In this document: piece after piece, positions 19,114 through 28,446 of the stretch
Layout of the letters: every line of letters starts with the position of its first letter
Position numbering within the stretch: the stretch's first letter is position 1
NCBI GenBank assembly: GCA_963521685.1
Contig: CAUQVG010000002.1
Span: forward strand, 12,041 to 76,040
Length of the DNA stretch: 64,000 nucleotides
Direction of reading: 5' to 3'
DNA from: an uncultured Selenomonas sp.
GTDB taxonomy: Bacteria; Bacillota; Negativicutes; Selenomonadales; Selenomonadaceae
The notes under the pieces: model-generated
Databases searched by the model: none
Told to the model about the DNA's origin: nothing
The model's input: only the letters and a program-made list of their open reading frames with translations
Position numbers and translations under genes: made by a program

Positions 19114-19989
19114 CTATGCCGTATGTGGCAGGCTTGTGGATTCACGCAGCAGATTGATGAAGGCGTCGATCTGCGGCAGGGCAGCGGTCTGTTCCGTATA
19201 GAGCAGGTACGTCGATCGTACGAGAGGACGGCCGTCTGCAAAGTGCATGGGACGGATGCATCCGTCAAAGTGCGCGAGACAGATTTTCGGAACGATGCCC
19301 CAGCCGAGTCCTTGCCGTACCATTTCGATACAGGTCGTGGTGTTATTTGCGAAGATCTGATTTTTTGCCGTGGGAATTTTGTTTTCCTTGCGCCAGAGCG
19401 CTGTATCCCGCTCCATTCCGGTATCGGCTTTGCGGATGATTTGCGGCAGCTCTCTGAGCGGAAGGTTCCTGTGCTCTCGGCAGGTAATGATGCAGATCGG
19501 TTCTCGGCCGAGCAGGATACGCGGCCCGTCCCAGTCGGAGTGCTCGCCGCGTACGATGGCGAGCTCGGTCTGTCCCGCAATAAACATTGAGAAGATTTTC
19601 TGGCTGACTTCGATGGTCAGCTGCGTATGAACCAACGGAAAGCGTTCCTGATAGAGGCGGAGCAGAGGCGGCAAACGGTATATCGCGTAATTGATCGACA
19701 CGCCGATGCGCAGTGTGCCGGAGATCACCCCTTGGGCGTCGTTGAGCTCCTGATTCATTGTCATAAGCTCTCGCGTAATGGCTTTGATATGGCGCAGGAC
19801 GATCTCTCCTGCCGGTGTGAACTGAATGCCGAGTCGTGAGCGCAGGAGCAGGATGATCCCCAGTTCCTTTTCAAGCTGGCGTATACGTTTGGAAACTGAA
19901 GATTGGGTCGTGTACAGTTCCTCTGCCGCGCGCGTGATATTGTTTGTGCGGTGCAGGGTCATGAGCAGCTGAATGTCTTGCGTATCCAT
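19114..19989 (-). CDS. LysR family regulator of the cit cluster
   Basis: NITRAAEELYTTQSSVSKRIRQLE HTH; divergent from citD. Confidence 0.93.
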   Translation of the reverse strand: MDTQDIQLLMTLHRTNNITRAAEELYTTQSSVSKRIRQLEKELGIILLLRSRLGIQFTPAGEIVLRHIKAITRELMTMNQELNDAQGVISGTLRIGVSINYAIYRLPPLLRLYQERFPLVHTQLTIEVSQKIFSMFIAGQTELAIVRGEHSDWDGPRILLGREPICIITCREHRNLPLRELPQIIRKADTGMERDTALWRKENKIPTAKNQIFANNTTTCIEMVRQGLGWGIVPKICLAHFDGCIRPMHFADGRPLVRSTYLLYTEQTAALPQIDAFINLLRESTSLPHTA

Positions 19990-20086
19990 TGGATCCTCCC
20001 TCCAGGGAAATAAAGAGGCATAACATACGTTTTGTTTATTATATCATGATATTCATTGCTTTTGCGATTGAAAAATATTGAAGATA

Positions 20087-20103
20087 CATTCTTTTATGGA
20101 ATG
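20087..20103. promoter_or_regulatory. Candidate LysR binding site (T-N11-A dyad)
   Basis: CATTC-TTTTATG-GAATG upstream of a TTTACA/TGcTATTAT promoter for citD. Confidence 0.5.
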
Positions 20104-20188
20104 GCATGAATGGAAAAACGGGTGCGTTTACAAAATACAACGCTCCTTGCTATTATGATACCATAATTAACAGTTAGGGGGAATCGTT

Positions 20189-20491
20189 ATGCAGATCGAG
20201 AAGTCGGCGATGGCGGGAACGCTGGAATCAAGCGATGTGCGAGTCACTGTGGAGCCGGGAGCGAATGGGATTGAGCTCGATATTGAGAGCAGCGTGATGA
20301 ATCAGTACGGCCGTGCCATTCAGAGAACTGTGCTCGAGACACTGGAGCGTCTCGGCGTACAGTCTGTCCGTATACAGATTGTGGATCAGGGAGCTCTCGA
20401 CTGTACGATTCGTGCACGCGTGGAATGTGCTGTTTTTCGCAGTGCCGGAATATCAGACAAGAATGTTCCGTGGGGAGGTGCAGTCCAATGA
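20189..20491 (+). CDS. citD: Citrate lyase acyl carrier protein (gamma)
   Basis: AGTLESSD, DQGALDCTIRAR. Confidence 0.97.
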   Translation: MQIEKSAMAGTLESSDVRVTVEPGANGIELDIESSVMNQYGRAIQRTVLETLERLGVQSVRIQIVDQGALDCTIRARVECAVFRSAGISDKNVPWGGAVQ

Positions 20492-21399
20492 TTCCAAGAC
20501 CAAGACCAGAGCGATTCCGTCTCCGCCGTACGATGATGTTCATGAATGCGCAGCGTCCGGGCCTGATTAAGGATGCCTATATCTACGGTGTGGACAGCAT
20601 TATTCTCGACCTTGAGGATGCGGTGGCGGAGAACCAGAAGGATGCGGCGCGCTTCTCGCTCTATCATGCGCTGAGGAGCATTGATTACGGCGAGACTGAG
20701 GTGCTTGTCCGCATGAACGGGCTCGAGACGCCGCACTGGCAGGAAGATATCCGCGTCTGTGTCGCCGGCGGTGCGGATGGGGTGCGCATTGCAAAATGTG
20801 AGAGCGCAGACGACGTGAAGTGTATCGAAGAACATGTCCGCGCGGCGGAGAAGGAGTTTGGCGTTGAGGAGAGGCGGACCCTTCTCATGGCGGCGCTCGA
20901 AAGTCCGAAAGGGATCCTGAATGCACGGGAAATCTGTCAGGCATCGGATCGTATGCTCGGCGTTGCCATTTCGGGCGGAGATTTCCGCAAAAGCATGCAC
21001 GTGCGCCCCGTGCGCAGCGGCATTGAGATCAATACGGCGCGCAGTCTCATGCTGCTTGCGGCGCGCGAGGCAGGGATTCAGTGCTTTGATACTGTGTTCA
21101 CGGCGCTGGACGATGAGGAGGGATTTCGCGCGGAGGTGGAACTCGACCATGCAATGGGCTTTGACGGCAAGAGCCTCATCAATCCGCGGCAGATTGCCTA
21201 TGTACACCAGACCTTTGCTCCGACCCCGCAGGAGATCGCGACGGCAGAACTTTACGTGCGCAGCTTTGAGGAACAGTCGAAGCAGGGCGTCGGCGTCTAT
21301 ACGGTCAATGGAAAGATGGTCGATGTTCCCTTCATCGAGGATGCGAGCCGCGTGATCGCACTGGCAAAGGCGTGCGGCGTTTATCACGGAGATTTATAA
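20488..21399 (+). CDS. citE: Citrate lyase beta subunit (citryl-ACP lyase)
   Basis: LRRTMMF, DLEDAV, GFDGKSLINPRQI, GKMVD. Confidence 0.95.
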   Translation: MIPRPRPERFRLRRTMMFMNAQRPGLIKDAYIYGVDSIILDLEDAVAENQKDAARFSLYHALRSIDYGETEVLVRMNGLETPHWQEDIRVCVAGGADGVRIAKCESADDVKCIEEHVRAAEKEFGVEERRTLLMAALESPKGILNAREICQASDRMLGVAISGGDFRKSMHVRPVRSGIEINTARSLMLLAAREAGIQCFDTVFTALDDEEGFRAEVELDHAMGFDGKSLINPRQIAYVHQTFAPTPQEIATAELYVRSFEEQSKQGVGVYTVNGKMVDVPFIEDASRVIALAKACGVYHGDL

Positions 21400-21412
21400 A
21401 GGGGGTGCGGCG

Positions 21413-22972
21413 ATGAAAAATGCAGTTGGCAGAGAAATTCCGGAGGAACTTCTCGCAGGTGGAAAGGAGGTCTATCAGGGGAAATACTATATGGACGGGA
21501 AGACCTTCCATAAAGCAGGCCCTCGTGTGCGCCGCGCGGAAAAACCGCAGGCATCCAAGGTGCTCGCCTCCATCCGTGAGGCGTGCGAGAAATGCGGGGC
21601 GCATGACGGCATGACCGTGTCCTTCCACCATGCGTTTCGCAACGGCGATTATGTGACCAGTATGGTTGTGAAGGTTTTGGTGGAGGAGATGGGGCTGAAG
21701 GATCTGACGCTCGCGACAACATCGCTCGGCAGCGCACAGGATCTGCTCGCAGACTATATCGAGGAAGGAAAGATCATCGGGATTCAGTCCTCCGGCGTGC
21801 GCGGGCGAATCGGTGAAGTCATCTCCGCGGGCAAGCTCAAGACGCCGGCAATCATCCGCAGTCACGGCGGCAGACCGCGTGCGATCGAGACGGGAGAACT
21901 TGCCATTGACATCACATTCATTGCGGCATCTTCTGCGGATGATTACGGAAATGCAAACGGTACAGGCGGAAAGAATAACTGCGGCACACTCGGTTATGCC
22001 GTCGCAGATGCGCGCTATGCAAATTATGTTGTCGTCGTGACGGACACCCTGGTTCCGTTTCCGAATACGCCTGCATCTATTTCCTCTATCGACGTGGACT
22101 ATGTCGTCGTCGTCGATGAGGTCGGCGATCCGAAAAAGATCGGAACAAAGGAAGCGCGTGTGACGGAAGATCCGCGCAATCTTATGATGGCGGAGAACTG
22201 CGCAAAGATCATGGCGGCAACGCCTTACTTCAAGGATGGATTCTCCTTTCAGACAGGAGTCGGAGGCCCCTCGCTCGCTGTTAATCGCTACCTCGAGACC
22301 TATATGACGGAGCGCGGCATCGTGATGGGTTTTGCGCTCGGAGGCATGGGCGGCAACATCTGCGATCTCATGGACAAGGGGCTTGTGCGCAAACTTCTCG
22401 ACACGCAGGATTTTGACACAAAGGCGATTGCGCATCTAGCGGAACATCCGGATCAGCACTTGGAGATTTCTACGAGCGAATATGCCAATCCAGCGAATAA
22501 AGGTGCGTATGTGAACAAACTGGATTTCGTAGTATTGGCGGCGCTTGAGATCGACACGGATTTCAACGTCAATGTGCTGACCGGTTCGGACGGCGTGCTG
22601 CGCGGCGCGCCGGGAGGGCATCCGGACACCGCGGCCGGGAGCAAATGCTGCATCATCGTGACGCCGCTGGTGCGCGGCCGTATGGCGACGGTCTGCAAAA
22701 AGGTGGTTACTGTAACGACGCCGGGGGATTGCGTGGATGTGCTTGTGACCGATTACGGCATTGCGGTCAATCCTGTGCGTACGGATCTTGTTGACTGCCT
22801 CGATGCCGCGGGGATTGCTCATACAACGATCGAGGCTCTTCAAGAGAAGGCGTACAGTCTCGTGGGAGAGCCGGATGAACTCGAATGGGAGGATCGGATC
22901 ATTGCCGTTCTGGAGGCGCGTGACGGCACGATTCTCGATGTTGTACGCAAGATTAGGCCGCTTAAACTCTGA
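21413..22972 (+). CDS. citF: Citrate lyase alpha subunit (ACP transferase)
   Basis: SFHHAFRNGD, RSHGGR, FQTG, GGHPDTA. Confidence 0.97.
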   Translation: MKNAVGREIPEELLAGGKEVYQGKYYMDGKTFHKAGPRVRRAEKPQASKVLASIREACEKCGAHDGMTVSFHHAFRNGDYVTSMVVKVLVEEMGLKDLTLATTSLGSAQDLLADYIEEGKIIGIQSSGVRGRIGEVISAGKLKTPAIIRSHGGRPRAIETGELAIDITFIAASSADDYGNANGTGGKNNCGTLGYAVADARYANYVVVVTDTLVPFPNTPASISSIDVDYVVVVDEVGDPKKIGTKEARVTEDPRNLMMAENCAKIMAATPYFKDGFSFQTGVGGPSLAVNRYLETYMTERGIVMGFALGGMGGNICDLMDKGLVRKLLDTQDFDTKAIAHLAEHPDQHLEISTSEYANPANKGAYVNKLDFVVLAALEIDTDFNVNVLTGSDGVLRGAPGGHPDTAAGSKCCIIVTPLVRGRMATVCKKVVTVTTPGDCVDVLVTDYGIAVNPVRTDLVDCLDAAGIAHTTIEALQEKAYSLVGEPDELEWEDRIIAVLEARDGTILDVVRKIRPLKL

Positions 22973-22984
22973 ACACAGTCTTAG

Positions 22985-23839
22985 GTGAAGAACATGTGCG
23001 ACGCAGATATGATTGCCGCATGCGCCGTTGAGGCGCTGCTCATCGAGGCGGCGGCAACCCCGAAGCCCGGTCTGGTCGACCGTGCGAACAATGGGGCGCA
23101 TCGGGATATGGATTTTTTCACATTTCAGGCATCGGCAGCGGTACTCGCTCCGTATTTTGCGGAATTTGTACGCGCAGGAGCGGGACAGGAGATGAACCTG
23201 CACACACTGCTTGCACGCCTGCGCCCAATCGGACACGCGGCAGAATCCGCCATGTATGCCCGTACAGGGGGCGTAAATACGCACAAAGGGGCAATCTTCA
23301 GCTTTGGAGTTCTGCTCGGAGCAGCAGGATGGATCAGCGCGCATGGAAAGCCGCTGACGGCAGATGCTGTGTTGAATGTCGTGCGAATTATCTGTGCCGG
23401 ACTTTGTCATGCAGACTATGGAAGGATGCCGAACATTCCCCAGACAAAGGGACAGGAGGCATACCTCACCTATGGACTGACCGGTGTGCGCGGAGAGGCA
23501 GAGGCAGGATTTCCGCTCGTGTGGAATTACGCACTTCCGCTCTATCGTACGCACAGGGGAAAAAACACGCCGCTGAATGATGCGCTGGTCGATGTCCTCC
23601 TCGTACTTATGGCACATAATATGGACACGAATATCCTCGGACGTCATGATCTGGCGATGCTTCATTGTGTGCAGGAGGAGGCCGCCCGCATTGTCCAACT
23701 GGGAAGTATGGAGACGGAGGCCGGCCGTGCTGCGGTCCATGCCTTCGATGACCTGCTGACTGCCGCATGGGTCAGCCCCGGCGGCTCAGCAGATCTTGTT
23801 GCGGTCACGCACTTCCTCTATGAAATAGAATCCAGATGA
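22985..23839 (+). CDS. citG: Triphosphoribosyl-dephospho-CoA synthase
   Basis: TPKPGLVD, GAHRDM, GVNTHKGAIF, SPGGSADL. Confidence 0.96.
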   Translation: MKNMCDADMIAACAVEALLIEAAATPKPGLVDRANNGAHRDMDFFTFQASAAVLAPYFAEFVRAGAGQEMNLHTLLARLRPIGHAAESAMYARTGGVNTHKGAIFSFGVLLGAAGWISAHGKPLTADAVLNVVRIICAGLCHADYGRMPNIPQTKGQEAYLTYGLTGVRGEAEAGFPLVWNYALPLYRTHRGKNTPLNDALVDVLLVLMAHNMDTNILGRHDLAMLHCVQEEAARIVQLGSMETEAGRAAVHAFDDLLTAAWVSPGGSADLVAVTHFLYEIESR

Positions 23840-23908
23840 GCATAATTCATTCATCCTGCTTCGGCAGGTTAAAGTTCTTGGATAATTTTGCAGAACGGAG
23901 GGATTCTC

Positions 23909-25234
23909 ATGTTATTGGCCGTTACCGGTTTTGTCATGATCTTTCTGATCATCTATTTGCTTTTGCAGTCGAAGGCGCATCCAACACCGATTTTTGTCGT
24001 TGTTCCGATTGTCTGTGCCGTTGTCTGCGGTTTTGACTTCACGCAGATTGCAGAGTTTATGAAAACAGGCGTTACAACAACCATGCCTGTCGCTGTGCTC
24101 TTCATTTTCTCAATTGTTTACTTTTCGATTATGTCGGAAGTCGGTCTCTTTGATCCGCTGGTTGATTTCCTCGTGAAACATGCCGGCTCAAATGTTGTCC
24201 TGGTTACGGTATCAACTGCCTGCATCGCAACAATTGCCCATCTTGACGGCGCGCTTGCCGCAACTCTCCTCGTGACGATTCCGGCGATGCTGCCGATTTA
24301 TAAGAAGTTGCATATCCGTCCTGTTGTCCTCTGCGTCATCATCGGCGCTGCCATGAGCATCATGAACCTTCTTCCATGGGGGGGCCCGGTCGCACGTGTC
24401 GGCGTCATTTTGGACACGGATGTCAACGCACTCTGGCACACGCTGATACCGCTGCAGATTGTCGGCATTATCATGGTGCTCTTCTTTGCTGCGTTCATGG
24501 GGATTTTGGAGAAACGGCGCGGTGCGGGACTGCATCCGACAGGGAAGGCGGCAGAGCTGGATGAGGATGCCTCCTCCGCGCATCAGCTTTCCGATGAGGA
24601 AGCTGCCGCGCTTAAGCGCCCAAAACTCTTTTGGTTCAATCTCATTCTCACGGTCGGCGTGATTGCGATGCTCTGCTTCACGAAGATCCAGCTGTATGCT
24701 GCTTTTATGATCGGACTGTCGCTGGCTCTCATCGTGAACTTTCCGGATCCGAAAATGCAGGGAGCGCGCATCAAAGCCCATGCGGGCGAGGCTCTCGGCG
24801 TTCCCATGATCCTGCTCGCCTCCGGCGTATTCCTCGGAGTCCTGACCGGGACGAAGATGATGGATGCGATGGCGGAAACGCTTGTCATGCTCATCCCATC
24901 CGTCCTCGGTCCCTATGTTCACATTATCATGGGGATATTTGCCGTTCCCATCGGGATGATGCTCGGTACGAGTCCGTATTTCTTCGGCCTCCTTCCTCTT
25001 GCGATCGGCGTCGGTGAGCAGTATGGCATATCGCCGGAGAATATGGCGAACGCTATGCTGGTCGGCAAGAACTTTGCTGTCCTCGTTACGCCGCACGCGG
25101 CGACAACATTCCTCTGCTGCGGTCTTGCGGGCGTCTCTATCAAGCAGCTGCTGCGCTTTTGTGCGCCATGGCTTTGGGGGTTGTCCATCATCTCATTGGT
25201 TTTTGCAATAGCTTTGGGCATTGTTACGATTTAA
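23909..25234 (+). CDS. CitMHS family citrate:metal/H+ symporter
   Basis: Polytopic; GLFDP, HLDG, NLLPWGGP motifs; last gene of the cit operon. Confidence 0.88.
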   Translation: MLLAVTGFVMIFLIIYLLLQSKAHPTPIFVVVPIVCAVVCGFDFTQIAEFMKTGVTTTMPVAVLFIFSIVYFSIMSEVGLFDPLVDFLVKHAGSNVVLVTVSTACIATIAHLDGALAATLLVTIPAMLPIYKKLHIRPVVLCVIIGAAMSIMNLLPWGGPVARVGVILDTDVNALWHTLIPLQIVGIIMVLFFAAFMGILEKRRGAGLHPTGKAAELDEDASSAHQLSDEEAAALKRPKLFWFNLILTVGVIAMLCFTKIQLYAAFMIGLSLALIVNFPDPKMQGARIKAHAGEALGVPMILLASGVFLGVLTGTKMMDAMAETLVMLIPSVLGPYVHIIMGIFAVPIGMMLGTSPYFFGLLPLAIGVGEQYGISPENMANAMLVGKNFAVLVTPHAATTFLCCGLAGVSIKQLLRFCAPWLWGLSIISLVFAIALGIVTI

Positions 25235-25238
25235 GAGT

Positions 25239-25282
25239 AAAAAGAGACAGACAGCGCGATCTTTGCGCCGTCTGTCTCTTTT
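25239..25282. terminator. Bidirectional terminator
   Basis: AAAAGAGACAGAC...GTCTGTCTCTTTT. Confidence 0.8.
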
Positions 25283-26526
25283 TACTTATGAAGGGATATC
25301 GCATCCAGTATTGTGCCGTCCAGCGCCTCGCAGCGGATGCTCAGCTGATGTTCGTCTGCCTCCATATAGAGGTAGTTGGACGGTGTAGGATTGGGACCGG
25401 AAACGATGTCATAGGACTCGGCGGGAACGTCGAAGTATTGATTCCCGGCAGGACCTGCGAGGAGATAGAGCGTACCGTGTTCATCGGTCTGCCGTGCGCG
25501 GATTCGGCGGCGGCGGTAGGCGTGAACGTGCCCGGAGATGACGAGATCGATCCCCAGTGCGTCGAATGCCTCAAGAAAGATCTGCCCCGCGTCGCTGATG
25601 CCCATGGTTGTCTTCTGTTCAGGCTGATCGTCTCCGTAGGAGAGAATGTCCTTGTGCATCAGTACGATTTTCCACGGGGTCGAGCTTGCTGCAGCATCGC
25701 GCATGAGCCAGTCCAGCTGTTCGCGTTTCAGCGCCTCGCCGCGTGTACCGAGCTCGAAGAACTGTGTATCGAGGACAATGCAGTGTACTGCGCCGAGATC
25801 AAATGAATAGTAGTGCCCGCGAAAATCCCTGCTGCCGTTGTCCGGCAGGGCGAATGTATGCAGATAGCGTGCAGGCGACATCGCCGTCCAGCTGAGGTCA
25901 TAGTATTCATGATTGCCGAGAACAGGCACATGAACATGACGTGCGAGCGGAGAATCTTTTTCCTCCATCGCAGCAAAGAAGCTGTGCCAGTGCCATGCAG
26001 ATTCGCCGTTGTCCGTGAGATCACCGACAATGGCGGCAAAGTCTGCGCCGGGGTGCCTCTGCCATGCAGTATGATAGATGTGCTGCCATGTGTCATAATT
26101 CTCGCCGCATTGACTGTCTGAAAAGAAGAGGGCGCGCACCGGCTCGCTCCCCTGTGTACGCGTGAGCGGAATCCATTCGCTGTGGCCTCTGTCATACACG
26201 ACGCGGCAGGAACCGCCATGCAGGGGCAGCGGAATTTCTGCATGATAGATATACTGCACTTTGCCGTCCATTGCAAAGTAGGTATAGGAAGGGATATAGT
26301 ACTCCGCTTCTCCGCCTGCGCGATGCAGTTCAACACGGATGTTTTGCAGGAGATGCGGGCCGTCCCATTGGAGCATGCGCGTCAGATGGGGGTGTGCAGT
26401 GACGATTTGGCGCAGATGCTGTATATCGTCTGCAGCTGCTTCGACGAGACGGGATGAAAAGAGAGCGCCTGTCCCCATTGCAAGGATGGAGTGCAGGGCA
26501 GTCTGTAAAAATGAGCGTCGCGTCAT
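25282..26526 (-). CDS. Tat-exported purple-acid-phosphatase-like metallophosphoesterase
   Basis: TRRSFL signal; SDSQ, GDLTD, GNHE, SGHVHAY. Confidence 0.88.
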   Translation of the reverse strand: MTRRSFLQTALHSILAMGTGALFSSRLVEAAADDIQHLRQIVTAHPHLTRMLQWDGPHLLQNIRVELHRAGGEAEYYIPSYTYFAMDGKVQYIYHAEIPLPLHGGSCRVVYDRGHSEWIPLTRTQGSEPVRALFFSDSQCGENYDTWQHIYHTAWQRHPGADFAAIVGDLTDNGESAWHWHSFFAAMEEKDSPLARHVHVPVLGNHEYYDLSWTAMSPARYLHTFALPDNGSRDFRGHYYSFDLGAVHCIVLDTQFFELGTRGEALKREQLDWLMRDAAASSTPWKIVLMHKDILSYGDDQPEQKTTMGISDAGQIFLEAFDALGIDLVISGHVHAYRRRRIRARQTDEHGTLYLLAGPAGNQYFDVPAESYDIVSGPNPTPSNYLYMEADEHQLSIRCEALDGTILDAISLHK

Positions 26527-27221
26527 TCCGTTTGCTCCGTATGTCCTGCAGTTTTGATGATATGTCGTTCATATCGGACGGCAGCATAGATGAGAACAGC
26601 AGCACAGATGACGACGATAATGATCCGCGTGTTGTCTTCCTGCCGCATGATGAGGTCATGGCCGATGATTGCTTCAATGCCCGTTGAGGGGAATTTCCCG
26701 ATGAATGAGGCGATGACGTAGTCGCGCAGGCGGATGGAGGAGAGTGCTCCAACCGCATTGAGGAGGGCGGAGGGCAGATAGGGAACCATGCGTCCGATCA
26801 ACATGATGAGGAAGCCCTTGCTCCCGCTGTATTGGTCCACCTTGGACAGGAATGCACTTTTCGCAATTACCCTCTCCGCAGATTCTCGGAAATAAAAGCG
26901 CATGAGGACGAAAGCGATGGTCACACCGACCGTCTCTGCTACACAGGAGAGAATGATGCCGGGCACCATGCCGAAGAGGATGACATTTGCCGTTGAGAAG
27001 ATGACTGCAGGCGGGAATCCAAGCGCGTTTGTAAATAGTGTAAGCAGGAACGCAAAGAGCAGAGCTCCGTCGCCGAAGGAGCGGATGTAGTCCACCGTTG
27101 CAGGAATATCTCCGCTCGCCAGCAGAGAGAACAATTCGGGCAGAAACTCCGGCGCGATGAGGTGAATGATGACAAAGAGGAGGACAATCGCAAGCGCAGC
27201 TCCGATTTTCAGCAGTTTCAT
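26523..27221 (-). CDS. TVP38/TMEM64 (DedA/VTT) family membrane protein
   Basis: FPPAVIFS..N..LFG, RMVPYLP, ASFIGKFP. Confidence 0.87.
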   Translation of the reverse strand: MKLLKIGAALAIVLLFVIIHLIAPEFLPELFSLLASGDIPATVDYIRSFGDGALLFAFLLTLFTNALGFPPAVIFSTANVILFGMVPGIILSCVAETVGVTIAFVLMRFYFRESAERVIAKSAFLSKVDQYSGSKGFLIMLIGRMVPYLPSALLNAVGALSSIRLRDYVIASFIGKFPSTGIEAIIGHDLIMRQEDNTRIIIVVICAAVLIYAAVRYERHIIKTAGHTEQTE

Positions 27222-27230
27222 ATAAATCTC

Positions 27231-27578
27231 CTAGGTTGTGAATACCAAGGCAAGTGCGCCCAGAAGCAGGGCAAAGCTAAAGCCCTGCATGGCATTCGCA
27301 ATGCTTTTTCCATGGGATACCGAGCAGCGCTGTACAATCTTTCGCAGCTCAAAGACCAGAAATGAGAGGCAAAAGAAGATGAGCGAGAGATCGTTTTCCA
27401 TCCAGCCGTAGGCGAAAATGACGGAGGAGAGCACAATCCCGGTCTGTTCTCCTCGTGAAAAGATGCGCTCCGGCTCCTTTGTGCGCGTACGCGCATCGAT
27501 CTCTGCACGCGACAGGGGGATGCCCATCTCGTCGATCTTCTCCTGATCACGGTCGAACCATCGGTAGTGGAATCCCAC
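27231..27578 (-). CDS. Small hypothetical membrane protein
   Basis: GGGGTGA RBS + GTG, about three hydrophobic segments, operon-internal position. Confidence 0.7.
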   Translation of the reverse strand: MGFHYRWFDRDQEKIDEMGIPLSRAEIDARTRTKEPERIFSRGEQTGIVLSSVIFAYGWMENDLSLIFFCLSFLVFELRKIVQRCSVSHGKSIANAMQGFSFALLLGALALVFTT

Positions 27579-27594
27579 GGTGCGTCACCCCCGT

Positions 27595-28446
27595 TTACAT
27601 TGCAATGCGGCGCTGTGCCGGCTTACCGTTTGGCTTCGGAATATCCGGCCGCTTGTTCGGTTTGATCGACGGTTTCTCCGGTGCAGGATGCACGGGAGGA
27701 TTGGGCGCACTCGGCGTCGGATGTGTCGGGCGCGGCATGCCGTTCTTTTGCTGCGCCGCATCCATGCGCTCGCGAATACGGGCACGCTGGCGCTCCTGCT
27801 CCTCGCGCTCCCGCTGGGCAATGCGCAGGCGTTCGGTCTGCATTTCCTCAGAAGCGTAATAGAAGCGTGCCTGCTGGACGATGTCGGGCATCTGCGAATA
27901 GAGATGACGGCCGGGACACGCAGTGGCATTGAGGTCGCGGTGCCCCTTGACCGTGCTCCCCCAAAGGGGATCCAGCTGATAGATTGTACACAGTGAGGCG
28001 ATGAGGCGCGCGGCAGATGCCTTTTGTGCCTCTGTGGGGACTGCCATCTCGAAGTTTCCGACGAGATTGATGCCGACGGTATGGCGGTTCTCGCCATAAA
28101 CATGCGCGCCGACTGTTCCGAGAGGGCGGCCCTCCTCGATGCTTCCGTCCTTGCGGATGAGAAAATGGTAGCCGATGCCGGACCAGCCGTTGTTCAGATG
28201 CCACTGGTGCACCGTCTCGGCCGAGACGTCATCATTATTTGCCATGCCGATATGGTGGACAACCACACAGTCTGTTACAAAGCGATTTTCAAGCACACCG
28301 AATTTTAAATAGGTCGGACGGATGCTCACCCCCGGAAGTGTCGATGGGATGTACCATGACGCCTCAACGGCGGCAGGGAAAAAGGGGAAGGCGGCGGTGC
28401 CGATGCCGAGAAGGCAGAGGCGCCGCAGGAATTCTCTACGGTTCAT
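27595..28446 (-). CDS. Tat-exported N-acetylmuramoyl-L-alanine amidase (Amidase_2, T7 lysozyme/PGRP type)
   Basis: NRREFL signal; VVHH, GWSGIGYHF, GAHV, GHRD..ATACPG; Pro-rich tail. Confidence 0.9.
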   Translation of the reverse strand: MNRREFLRRLCLLGIGTAAFPFFPAAVEASWYIPSTLPGVSIRPTYLKFGVLENRFVTDCVVVHHIGMANNDDVSAETVHQWHLNNGWSGIGYHFLIRKDGSIEEGRPLGTVGAHVYGENRHTVGINLVGNFEMAVPTEAQKASAARLIASLCTIYQLDPLWGSTVKGHRDLNATACPGRHLYSQMPDIVQQARFYYASEEMQTERLRIAQREREEQERQRARIRERMDAAQQKNGMPRPTHPTPSAPNPPVHPAPEKPSIKPNKRPDIPKPNGKPAQRRIAM

